Part shown: one piece after another, positions 19,550-28,044 of the stretch | Position numbering within the stretch: the stretch's first letter is position 1 | Layout: each line of letters opens with the position of its first letter | NCBI GenBank assembly: GCA_965247335.1 | Contig: CBDFGU010000009.1 | Coordinates: 1,328,504 to 1,392,503 of the forward strand | From: Rickettsiales bacterium | GTDB taxonomy: Bacteria; Pseudomonadota; Alphaproteobacteria; Rickettsiales; UBA3002 | Reading direction: 5' to 3' | Length of the DNA stretch: 64,000 nucleotides | Made by a program: the position numbers and the translations under genes | The notes under the pieces: generated by a model | What the model was told of the DNA's origin: nothing | What the model saw: the letters and a program-made list of their open reading frames with translations, nothing else | Databases searched by the model: none

Positions 19550-20841
19550 CCACCCCGTTACTTAGTATCTGTATTCCGACCTATAATCGCTCGAAACTAC
19601 TGGCCTATTGCATCGACAATCTGCGGGCGCTCGATACGTACGGAATTGCTTATGAGATCGTTGTCGTCGATCATGCCTCGCCGGACGATACACCAGAGGT
19701 GATGGAGGAGATTGCGGCCAAGTATGCTAACATTCGTTATTACCGCCAGACGCAGCAAGTCGGTATCGAACGCCAGCTGGCGAGCGCCCTGCGCATGGCG
19801 CGTGGCACATTCTGTGTTTACGTTGCGGACGATGACAAGATCATCCCTGAAAAGCTGGTCGAGTATGTGCGCTATCTGGAAGCGCATTCTGAGGTCAGTG
19901 CGATCTACGCACCGTGGTGGGCCTATGACGATGCTGAAGAAAAAATCATCCATGGATATTTTGAAGTGCCGGAGCGCACAACTTTCAAAATTGCCGATCC
20001 GTTAGCAATGATCGATTTTATGACGTCGCGGCTGGTCTGGCCGGAAAGCGTGATCTACCGCCGCGAGGCGTTACATAATATCATGGTCTCGCGTAATGAT
20101 GGGCCATATCAGGCTTTCCCGATGGCCTATGCGTTGCTGAAGAAGGGTAATGTGGTGTTCGAGAAGGAGCCGTTCTACCTCGAAGTGGCGAACCCCAAGC
20201 CTCAATTCGCGGTAGGGCGCCGCATGAATGTCGCGATCAATCTTACGTATCTCGATAATATTCGCGGCGCGCTTGAAATGACCATCGAGCGTATCCTGCT
20301 CGATTCAGGTACTCCACAATTACCAAATGAATTGCGCCTGAATGTGCACGAGGCGTTGCTGAATTATGCCCATCATCGGTTGGGGGTTGCCTTTCGTCGT
20401 GCATTGCATGCGAAGCAGTTCATCCAGGCGAGCGAGCTGGCACAGCGCTTGCTGCTGTGGCGTGGCAATACGTTCGAGCCGAACCTGATCGGCATTGCCA
20501 ATGAGATTTACGGGCTGACCGGCCTGCAAGCTGTCGTGCAACTGGCGCAGGGTAGTAGCTGGATGAAACGTCTTTATATTTATGGTTTCAAACAGCCCGC
20601 TGATATTATCGAGGCGTTCAAAAATCCAGAGAACGACCTGAAACTGAAGATTACTGAGGCCAGCCTCAAGACTATAATCGCCGATACGGAGCCGGATTAT
20701 TGTCTTGTCCTCGTGAAAGATACAGCGGATCGTGCGGCATTCGCTGAAAGTAAACTGCCGCCGGGCAATATCATCGTTCTCAAGGAAATGGCAGATTATT
20801 ACCAGATCTTCCCGGCCATACGTGACTTCAATACGTTGTAG
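19546..20841 (+). CDS. Family-2 glycosyltransferase with long C-terminal extension
   Basis: LLSICIPTYNRSKLL...VVVDHASPDDT...ADDD GT2 motifs in the N-terminal ~200 aa. ATGA overlap with the rfbG stop (19546-19549). Confidence 0.75.
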   Translation: MTTPLLSICIPTYNRSKLLAYCIDNLRALDTYGIAYEIVVVDHASPDDTPEVMEEIAAKYANIRYYRQTQQVGIERQLASALRMARGTFCVYVADDDKIIPEKLVEYVRYLEAHSEVSAIYAPWWAYDDAEEKIIHGYFEVPERTTFKIADPLAMIDFMTSRLVWPESVIYRREALHNIMVSRNDGPYQAFPMAYALLKKGNVVFEKEPFYLEVANPKPQFAVGRRMNVAINLTYLDNIRGALEMTIERILLDSGTPQLPNELRLNVHEALLNYAHHRLGVAFRRALHAKQFIQASELAQRLLLWRGNTFEPNLIGIANEIYGLTGLQAVVQLAQGSSWMKRLYIYGFKQPADIIEAFKNPENDLKLKITEASLKTIIADTEPDYCLVLVKDTADRAAFAESKLPPGNIIVLKEMADYYQIFPAIRDFNTL

Positions 20842-20880
20842 CACGCTCTGGGTTTAACCATTTCAGCGCGGACAGCATAT

Positions 20881-22089
20881 TCATCTGGCTTGCAAATAGT
20901 TGATGATGCCACTGGCCGCCGCAACGCCTGTGCTGAAGCACGCCTGCAGCAAATAGCCGCCGGTAGGCGCTTCCCAGTCCAACATTTCGCCCGCAGCGAA
21001 CACGCCGGGTAGAGCTTTCAGCATGTACGTATCATCCATTGCCTGACGTGTAATTCCACCGGCAGTGGAGATGGCACGAGCAATTCCACTGGTGTTGACC
21101 AGTGTCAGCGGTAATTGCTTAATGGCGAATGCAAGGTCGGCAACCATGCCGATATTAGGAATGGTCTCATGCATCAGGGCAATCGCAAGCGGTGAAAAGC
21201 TAGCACTTTTTAAATAAGCGCTGAGCGATTTATTGCCGCGCGCCGGAAGTTTGGCACGCAGTGCTTCAAGCGTCATTTGAGGCCTCAGATCGAGCGTGAT
21301 AGTGGTCTGTCCATCGCATGCAATGGCATCGCGGATGGCGGCGGAAAGCGCATATATGATGCCACCTTCCAACCCTTGCGCGGTGATCATTGCTTCACCT
21401 TGGCGGGTAATGCCTGCATGCGTGATAGTGAGTGGCTTGAGTGGCTGACCCGCGAACCGCTCACGAAAGTACTCCGACCAGGTTACGCGAAAACCGCAAT
21501 TTGCAGGCTGCAGGGGCGCAGCCTTCACACCGTGCGCCTCGAGAATCGTCACCCAGCTGCCATCCGATCCCAGACGTGGCCATGAAGCGCCGCCCAAGGC
21601 AAGCAGGGTTGCACCACTGGTGACATTGATCTGTCCCAGTGGTGTGGCAAAACGCAGCGCATTACCTTTCCAGCCGAGCCAAGTATGACGCGGATGATAC
21701 TGCACGCCGAGCTGCTCCAGCCGCCGCAGCCAAGCGCGTAATAATGTCACTGCTTTCATGCTGCGCGGAAAAACGCGGCCGCTGCTACCGACGAATGTTT
21801 CTTCGCCGAGTTCCTCGCACCAAGCACGCAATGCTGATGGTGGAAACGCCTCGATCGCCGGTGTCAGCCATTCGGCTGCGCGACCATAACGAGTTAAAAA
21901 AGTGTCGAGTCGTTCGTTATGTGTGAGGTTCAGCCCACCGCGACCCGCAATCAGGAATTTGCGTGCCGGGCTGGGCATATGGTCATAGACGTTGACGCGA
22001 TATCCGGCCGCCGCCAGAACCTGTGCAGCCATCAACGCAGCCGGGCCAGCGCCAATAATGGAAATCGTTGAAATATCCTTCATAAACAA
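20881..22089 (-). CDS. HI0933/BaiN-family NAD(P)/FAD-dependent flavoprotein
   Basis: N-terminal dinucleotide fold ISIIGAGPAALMAAQVLA, RKFLIAGRGGLNLTH, and C-terminal GEMLDWEAPTGGYLLQACFSTG, characteristic of this family. Confidence 0.8.
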   Translation of the reverse strand: MFMKDISTISIIGAGPAALMAAQVLAAAGYRVNVYDHMPSPARKFLIAGRGGLNLTHNERLDTFLTRYGRAAEWLTPAIEAFPPSALRAWCEELGEETFVGSSGRVFPRSMKAVTLLRAWLRRLEQLGVQYHPRHTWLGWKGNALRFATPLGQINVTSGATLLALGGASWPRLGSDGSWVTILEAHGVKAAPLQPANCGFRVTWSEYFRERFAGQPLKPLTITHAGITRQGEAMITAQGLEGGIIYALSAAIRDAIACDGQTTITLDLRPQMTLEALRAKLPARGNKSLSAYLKSASFSPLAIALMHETIPNIGMVADLAFAIKQLPLTLVNTSGIARAISTAGGITRQAMDDTYMLKALPGVFAAGEMLDWEAPTGGYLLQACFSTGVAAASGIINYLQAR

Positions 22090-22151
22090 TCTTATACTGG
22101 GCTTGACTCTGCCTGGATTTTAGATGATTTTAAGTGATAATTCATAATGCG

Positions 22152-22180
22152 TTGACTTACAAACAGTTACTAGCTATACA
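22152..22180 (+). promoter_or_regulatory. Candidate sigma70 promoter of cspA (-35 TTGACT, 17-bp spacer, -10 TATACA)
   Basis: TTGACT at 22152-22157 and TATACA at 22175-22180 with exactly 17 bp between them. This would give a ~190-nt leader before the cspA ATG (22379), similar in length to known long cspA leaders. Confidence 0.4.
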
Positions 22181-22378
22181 GACCGCCGAATATTCTTTGT
22201 TCTTTTTACTTATGCGGCTGCATCTTCTCTTACTCGCAGCGTATCGAATGATACATACCGATCGTTAGATCCTGACAGCGTTTGATCTAGAATTACCGGG
22301 TTCCCGGATGGAAAATTCTCATCAGCGTGGTTCATTCCGAACTGCGTTATTAAACGCCTTACTGTCTAGGAGACAACA

Positions 22379-22585
22379 ATGGCTAACGGCACTGTAAAAT
22401 GGTTCAACCCAACCAAAGGCTTCGGCTTCATCCAACCTGATCAAGGTGGTGCGGATGTGTTTGTACACATCAGCGCGCTTGAAAAAGCTGGTATGCGCTC
22501 GCTCGATGAAGGTCAGAAAGTGAGCTACGAGCTCGTGACCGATAAGGGCAAGACCTCGGCTGGCAACCTGAAACTGGCTGCTTAA
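22379..22585 (+). CDS. cspA: Cold-shock protein, CspA family
   Basis: 68 aa. [34 protein letters not shown] contains the RNP1 (KGFGFI) and RNP2 (VFVHI) motifs. GGAG-type RBS (aggagacaacaATG). Confidence 0.95.
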   Translation: MANGTVKWFNPTKGFGFIQPDQGGADVFVHISALEKAGMRSLDEGQKVSYELVTDKGKTSAGNLKLAA

Positions 22586-22613
22586 TTCTCGCCGATTACG
22601 GCTTAGAATACGA

Positions 22614-22644
22614 AACCGCCCCATCGTAAGGTGGGGCGGTTTTT
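22614..22644 (+). terminator. Rho-independent terminator after cspA
   Basis: Stem AACCGCCCCA / TGGGGCGGTT with loop TCGTAAGG, followed by a T-run (ggttttt). Confidence 0.75.
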
Positions 22645-22770
22645 CTAGCCTCAATTTTAAAGACAATCCTGAACGTGATCCGGCTCCATGCCGCATTATG
22701 AGTCTGCCGTCACGGCAACTTCTTCGGGTGAGTCTTGTTCAAACAGACTCATTCAAAGAAAGACTAAAAC

Positions 22771-24003
22771 ATGGAAAATTTCAAATCCTTCGGCTTGCCT
22801 GAAATCCTGATGCAAGCCCTCGACTACATGAAGTTCGCGACGCCGACCCCGGTGCAGGCGGCAGCGATTCCGCTGGCAATGGAAGGCCGAGATATACTTG
22901 GTTCCGCCCAGACTGGCACGGGTAAAACGGGCGCATTCGGTATTCCGTTAATCGCAAAACTCTTGACCAGCAACCAAGGTTCCGCGCTGGTGATGACGCC
23001 GACACGCGAACTGGCCGTACAAGTGATGGACATGCTCGAGCAACTGCTCGGCAGCGACAGCGGTATCCATACTGCGCTGTTGATCGGTGGTGAACCGATG
23101 GGCAAACAATTCTCGCAGCTGCGCATGCGCCCGCGCCTGATCGTCGGCACGCCGGGCCGCATCAATGACCATCTCGAACGCAAGACGCTCAAGCTCAATG
23201 ATGCAGCATTCCTCGTGCTCGATGAGACGGATCGCATGCTCGATATGGGCTTTGGCATTCAGATCGATGCGGTGGTGAAACATATGCCGGCGCAACGCCA
23301 GACACTCATGTTCTCGGCGACGTTCCCGAGCAACATCGTCAAGATGTCGGAAAAGTATATGTCGAATCCTGAACGTATAGAAGTCGGCAGCAACAATACG
23401 CCGATGGCGAGCATCAAGCAGGAAATCATCCAGGTATCGGATACTGATAAATACGGCCAGTTGCTGGTGCAATTGCAGAATCGCGAAGGCTCGATTATCG
23501 TCTTCTGCCAGACCAAATTCGGTGCCGAGAAAATGGCCAAGAAACTGACCGCGACAGCGAATCAGAAGGCCGATGCGATCCACGGTAACCTTAACCAGCG
23601 CCAGCGTGACCGCGTAATCAGCGATTTCCGTGCGCAAAAAATCCGTATCCTCGTAGCGACCGATATCGCCGCACGTGGTCTCGATATCCCGCATATTGAA
23701 CACGTCATCAATTACGACCTGCCGCAATGCCCGGAAGATTACATCCACCGCATCGGCCGCACCGGCCGTAACGGTAAGGAAGGTGCGGCGGTCAATCTGC
23801 TGACCCCGCGCGATCGCGGTAAATGGAAAGCGATCGAGCGCCTACTGAATCCGGGTGACGTGCCGGAAGCGAACTTCAGCGGCGGTAACGGTGGCAATAA
23901 GAACCGTTCCTATGCTAACGCGCGCGCCAAGAAATTCGGTAACAAGAATTTCCGTGGTGGCACCCGTCCGCAACGTCCGCATCAGGAAAGAAAAGCAGCG
24001 TAA
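22771..24003 (+). CDS. DEAD-box ATP-dependent RNA helicase (RhlE-like) with basic R/G/N/K-rich tail
   Basis: Q-motif PTPVQ, motif I AQTGTGKT, Ia PTRELA, III SAT, VI HRIGRTGRNG. Motif II reads DETD (VLDETDRMLDMGF) instead of DEAD. Confidence 0.9.
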   Translation: MENFKSFGLPEILMQALDYMKFATPTPVQAAAIPLAMEGRDILGSAQTGTGKTGAFGIPLIAKLLTSNQGSALVMTPTRELAVQVMDMLEQLLGSDSGIHTALLIGGEPMGKQFSQLRMRPRLIVGTPGRINDHLERKTLKLNDAAFLVLDETDRMLDMGFGIQIDAVVKHMPAQRQTLMFSATFPSNIVKMSEKYMSNPERIEVGSNNTPMASIKQEIIQVSDTDKYGQLLVQLQNREGSIIVFCQTKFGAEKMAKKLTATANQKADAIHGNLNQRQRDRVISDFRAQKIRILVATDIAARGLDIPHIEHVINYDLPQCPEDYIHRIGRTGRNGKEGAAVNLLTPRDRGKWKAIERLLNPGDVPEANFSGGNGGNKNRSYANARAKKFGNKNFRGGTRPQRPHQERKAA

Positions 24004-24168
24004 ATAGCGCTGCGCTTTTAGCTTGCAAGTGTACGCGTCATCCCACTCGGTATACGCTACTACGTGATGATCTCGCGGCTAGGGGCATTCCTTGATGCTT
24101 TGCGGCGTGCGCTTGCCTTTGCGCCTGCCAAGGAAGTAGGGTAGAGCGTCGTCTAACCATCAGGATGC

Positions 24169-24705
24169 ATGAACGAGGACAGCGACAGTCTTATCGGCAA
24201 GGCAAAGCAAGGCGACCGCGTTGCTTTCGAGCAATTACTGCGAGCGAATTATGGATTGATCCACCGCGTGGCGTATCGTTTCACCGGCAATCGGAGCGAT
24301 GCCGAGGACGTAACGCAGGGGGTATGCATGGCGCTGGTCGATAAGTTGAAACAGTATAATTCACGCAGTAGTTTCAGCACGTGGCTGTACCGCGTCATCG
24401 TCAACCATTGCCATGATTGCCGTAAGAAGCGCGGACGCGATCTCACGCGCGATACGCAGTATGTGGAACTCGAAGCAATGGAGACGGCGGACGCTGCGGA
24501 GGCCAACCGCAAGGCAGCGTGGTTGTACCGCGCTATTGCGGCATTGAAACCGCCGCTGCCAGAGACGGCGTTGCTGGTGCTGGCAGAAGAATGCAGCCAT
24601 GCGGAAGCGGGGAAGATCCTCGGGTGTGCGGAATCGACCGTCTCGTGGCGAATGCACGAGATACGCAAACAACTTACATCCCAGATGGAGGGCGGCCATG
24701 ACTGA
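24169..24705 (+). CDS. ECF-type RNA polymerase sigma factor (sigma-70 family, regions 2 and 4)
   Basis: 178 aa. Region 2 (AEDVTQGVCMAL, FSTWLYRVIVNH) and region 4 HTH (SHAEAGKILGCAESTVSWRMHEIRKQL). Confidence 0.85.
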   Translation: MNEDSDSLIGKAKQGDRVAFEQLLRANYGLIHRVAYRFTGNRSDAEDVTQGVCMALVDKLKQYNSRSSFSTWLYRVIVNHCHDCRKKRGRDLTRDTQYVELEAMETADAAEANRKAAWLYRAIAALKPPLPETALLVLAEECSHAEAGKILGCAESTVSWRMHEIRKQLTSQMEGGHD

Positions 24706-26875
24706 CCCAATCGATGAATTCAAAGAAATATTGAAAAAAACCCAGCCGCCGGCAGTTAATAAAATCGTCGAAAATCAGTCGATTGAAACTGCCATGAAGA
24801 AATTCGATCAAAAAAATGTGCATGTCCGCCAAGGAAGTGGATGGTGGGGTCGTCTTACAGGTACAGCACGCTCGGTGCTGCACCTTAACGACGGAGTATC
24901 TATGAAAACGGCTTATAAAATCGGCGGTGGCCTGTGTGCAGCTACCTTCGCTATCGCTTTGTTGAATTCGAGTGCATTGAATAATGAGTTCCATCAATTC
25001 ACCCAAACGCAAGGTATCAAGGATAGTCAGGATGCAAACTCTAAAGGCAGTCTTTCACCGAATGTGAAGCAGCAAGCAGCAACATTGATGCAATCGCCAG
25101 CGTTGCCAACGGCTACGCCAGCTCCGGTGGCATTAAACATGCTGCCTGCCACAGCAATTGGTGCACCGCCGCCACCATCGGCCGTTGTGTTACCGGACAT
25201 GGCCAGCATTCCGTCAGCGGCGCCCCGCAGCGATGTAGCCAAGGTAAAAATCGCGCCAGGATCTGAAAATGCATTCGCTGAAGCACGCAGTGGTTCGCCT
25301 GCTGGCGCAGGCGCTGATGGCATGGCCAGAGTTCGCGTGCCGGCAGAGGCATCACGTGCATCCATGAAGGGCGTGTCCTCACAGCAGGATATGCCACAGA
25401 ATTATTACCACGACGAAGGCCACGACAAATTCGAGCATGCGCAGGACAATCCGGTGAAACTTGTGACGCAAGAACCGGTTTCTACCTTCTCGATCGATGT
25501 CGACTCGTCATCCTATTCCTTTATCAGGGCAACGTTGAACCAAAATGCGCTGCCACAGAAGGACGCGGTGCGCATTGAGGAGATGGTCAATTATTTCCCT
25601 TATGATTACGCGGCACCGAAAGATCGCACCGAACCATTCAGTACCAGTGTGAATGTGATGCCGACGCCATGGAACAAGGATACGAAGCTGATTCATATCG
25701 GCATCAAAGGTTACGATATCCCGCGCGATGCGAAGCCGCACAGTAATCTCGTCTTCCTGATCGATACGTCAGGCTCGATGGACGAACCGAACAAAATGCC
25801 GCTACTGAAGAATTCGCTGAAGCTGCTGCTCGACAGCCTGAAGCCAGAGGATACGGTGGCCATCGTAACATATGCGGGCAATGCCGGCGTGGCGCTGGAG
25901 CCGACACCGGTGCGTGACAAATCGCGTATCCTGAGCACCATCGAGAACTTCAACGCGGGTGGCTCGACGGCCGGGGCCGAAGGCATCCGCAAGGCATACG
26001 AACTGGCGAAACAGAACTTCGACAAGCATGGCGTCAATCGTGTCATCCTCGCAACGGACGGCGATTTCAACGTGGGCATCACTGACCAGAATGAGTTGAA
26101 GAGCTATATCACGCATGAGCGTGAATCCGGCGTGTTCCTCTCGGTGCTGGGCTTCGGCATGAGTAATTACAACGATGCGATGATGCAGACGTTGGCGCAG
26201 AACGGCAACGGCAATGCGGCCTATATCGATAACCTCAACGAAGCGCGCAAAGTACTGGTCGAGGAGGCAGGCAGTACATTGTTCACAATCGCTAAGGATG
26301 TGAAGATCCAGGTCGAATTCAACCCGGCGAAGGTCTCGGAATACCGCCTGATCGGGTACGAGACACGCATGCTGAACCGTGAGGATTTCAACAATGACAA
26401 GATCGATGCCGGCGAGATCGGCTCGGGTCATACCGTGACGGCGATTTATGAGATAACGCCTGCAGGCAATACCGGTTCGGTCGATCCGCTACGTTATGCC
26501 AGCGAAACGAAGGAACAAACAAAACGCGCAAGCAACGAATATGCCTTCCTTAAAATCCGCTACAAATTGCCGAAAGAGGAGACTAGCAAGCTGATCACCA
26601 CGACGATCGATGCGCATCAGGAAGTCAGCAGTATCGATAAAGCTTCAACGGATGCACGTTTCGCAACGTCGGTCGCAGCGTTTGGCCAGTTGCTGCGTGA
26701 CGAAGGTAAAACGAAGGATTTCAGCTACAACGATATTATTACCATGGCCCAATCGGCGAAGGGCCCGGATAATTTTGGTTATCGGGCAGAGTTCATCAAC
26801 CTCGTGCGGCTGGCCAAGGCAGCTGCATTGCGGTCGATGCCTGCAGAGCAACAATCTCCACGTCTGCCGGACTAA
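24698..26875 (+). CDS. Anti-sigma-like membrane protein with periplasmic von Willebrand factor A domain (YfbK-like)
   Basis: ATG 24698 overlaps the sigma-factor stop by 8 nt. Short cytoplasmic N-terminus, one TM (AYKIGGGLCAATFAIALLNSSAL) and an Ala/Pro-rich linker. vWA MIDAS motif VFLIDTSGSMD, with downstream ATDGDFNVG. Long C-terminal beta-rich region as in YfbK-type proteins. Confidence 0.75.
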   Translation: MTDPIDEFKEILKKTQPPAVNKIVENQSIETAMKKFDQKNVHVRQGSGWWGRLTGTARSVLHLNDGVSMKTAYKIGGGLCAATFAIALLNSSALNNEFHQFTQTQGIKDSQDANSKGSLSPNVKQQAATLMQSPALPTATPAPVALNMLPATAIGAPPPPSAVVLPDMASIPSAAPRSDVAKVKIAPGSENAFAEARSGSPAGAGADGMARVRVPAEASRASMKGVSSQQDMPQNYYHDEGHDKFEHAQDNPVKLVTQEPVSTFSIDVDSSSYSFIRATLNQNALPQKDAVRIEEMVNYFPYDYAAPKDRTEPFSTSVNVMPTPWNKDTKLIHIGIKGYDIPRDAKPHSNLVFLIDTSGSMDEPNKMPLLKNSLKLLLDSLKPEDTVAIVTYAGNAGVALEPTPVRDKSRILSTIENFNAGGSTAGAEGIRKAYELAKQNFDKHGVNRVILATDGDFNVGITDQNELKSYITHERESGVFLSVLGFGMSNYNDAMMQTLAQNGNGNAAYIDNLNEARKVLVEEAGSTLFTIAKDVKIQVEFNPAKVSEYRLIGYETRMLNREDFNNDKIDAGEIGSGHTVTAIYEITPAGNTGSVDPLRYASETKEQTKRASNEYAFLKIRYKLPKEETSKLITTTIDAHQEVSSIDKASTDARFATSVAAFGQLLRDEGKTKDFSYNDIITMAQSAKGPDNFGYRAEFINLVRLAKAAALRSMPAEQQSPRLPD

Positions 26876-26892
26876 GTCAGCTTACAAGTTGG

Positions 26893-26931
26893 CTGGAGCC
26901 TCGGTGTATACCGGGGCTCCAGTTGTTTTTT
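26893..26931 (+). terminator. Rho-independent terminator after the vWA gene
   Basis: Stem CTGGAGCCTCGG / CCGGGGCTCCAG with loop TGTATA, followed by TTGTTTTTT. Confidence 0.75.
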
Positions 26932-27088
26932 CCAGAGATGTGCTGTCGCGATAGTGGGTAAGGACGCGATGTCGCCCGACAACGATGCGGTGGTAACGAG
27001 TTGAGTCCCGACGGCTTTGGCGAGGTTCATGACCTCAGCGCGTGGTTCTGTTCCGAGAAACTCTTTGCCATTGGCGGTCACGACTGGA

Positions 27089-27097
27089 TGGTATAAT
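27089..27097 (+). promoter_or_regulatory. Candidate extended -10 promoter element (TGgTATAAT) upstream of the PIG-L gene
   Basis: Perfect TATAAT at 27092-27097 preceded by TGg, 33 nt upstream of ATG 27130. No good -35 is seen, consistent with an extended -10 type. Confidence 0.35.
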
Positions 27098-27129
27098 GTG
27101 CGCCAGAACCATTTTATGCAACGGATGCC

Positions 27130-28044
27130 ATGCGTCGCTACCTCATAACCGTATTGTTGTTCACCTGCCTGCCTGTATTTGCCGACGCGAAATCTGGCAC
27201 ATCGATCTATGTGTGCGCACATCCGGATGATTGCATCCTGTTCATGAACCCCAACCTTTATGATGATGTGACGCACGATGCCGACAAGGTAGTGACGGTG
27301 TTTCTGACCTCGGGCGATGCGGGGTTACCGTTCAGCCAGGAAGGCACGACTGCGTCATACCCGTATGTGCGTGAGCAGGCTTCGGTGGATGCGATGGAAT
27401 GGATGGTGGATGCAGGCAAAAGCAAGACTACCGCACAATTAGATACCGAGATGACGGAAGTTGCGGGGCACATTATCGAGCGCGTGAGTTACGGCAATAC
27501 GGTGACGTATTTCCTGCGGCTGCCGGATGGAAATTTCGATGGTAATGGCTTTCCACTCTATAACCACGAATCCTTAAGAAAGTTAAAAGCGGGTGAGATC
27601 GACACGATGACGCCGGTGGATGGCGAAGCGGCGTATAGTTGGAAAGATATGGTGAGCGTGCTGTCGGGTATTGTAACGCGCGAGGCAGGGGATGACAAGC
27701 AGTTGACCCTGCATATTCAGGAGCCGGATACGAGCGTGAACACGGATGATCATTCCGACCACACGACCACGGCGCGCGGCATGTTGGAGGCGCTGGTGGG
27801 AGACAGTACCGGGCGCTGCAACACTGTTTATAAGCATATCGATTATTCGATCGCTACAAAGCCGTTGAACCTCGAGGGCACGGCGCTACAGGACAAATCA
27901 GCAAGCTTCGCGGTGCTAACAGCAACGGAGCGCCATTTCCTTGACCATGCAGACTGGAACGAAGGTCACACGGCGTATCTGACGCGCAATTACTTCACGA
28001 CAATGACCTTGCCGCAAGGTTGCGATAAAGCTAAACCTCACTAA
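27130..28044 (+). CDS. Secreted PIG-L/LmbE-family (CE14-like) de-N-acetylase
   Basis: Signal peptide MRRYLITVLLFTCLPVFADA. Zinc/active-site motif VCAHPDDCILF and a downstream DDHSDH. 304 aa. Confidence 0.7.
   Translation: MRRYLITVLLFTCLPVFADAKSGTSIYVCAHPDDCILFMNPNLYDDVTHDADKVVTVFLTSGDAGLPFSQEGTTASYPYVREQASVDAMEWMVDAGKSKTTAQLDTEMTEVAGHIIERVSYGNTVTYFLRLPDGNFDGNGFPLYNHESLRKLKAGEIDTMTPVDGEAAYSWKDMVSVLSGIVTREAGDDKQLTLHIQEPDTSVNTDDHSDHTTTARGMLEALVGDSTGRCNTVYKHIDYSIATKPLNLEGTALQDKSASFAVLTATERHFLDHADWNEGHTAYLTRNYFTTMTLPQGCDKAKPH

Noticed and set aside
22948-23748. 266-aa ORF antisense to the DEAD-box helicase gene
   Set aside because: The helicase frame carries all the conserved helicase motifs. 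The antisense frame is a low-complexity Arg/Asp/His-rich shadow ORF.
24132-24156. GGAAGT ... CGTCTAA resembling an autoregulated ECF promoter upstream of the sigma gene
   Set aside because: The spacer between the -35-like and -10-like elements is only ~13 nt against the 16-17 nt required. The -10-like element also sits too close to the RBS.
24599-24697. Upstream extension of the vWA gene ORF; similar cases are 9388-9471, 46054-46167, 56942-57007, 61534-61665 and 62586-62663
   Set aside because: Most extensions overlap the preceding gene or lack family-consistent sequence, and the internal ATG gives the canonical N-terminus or a stop/start overlap. The exception is 56942-57007, which begins with a GTG 6 nt after the DUF1501 stop; that start remains possible.
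26872-27276. 134-aa minus-strand ORF between the vWA gene and the PIG-L gene
   Set aside because: Its 5' part overlaps the PIG-L signal peptide region, and its 3' part reads straight through the terminator hairpin at 26893-26931. No motifs.
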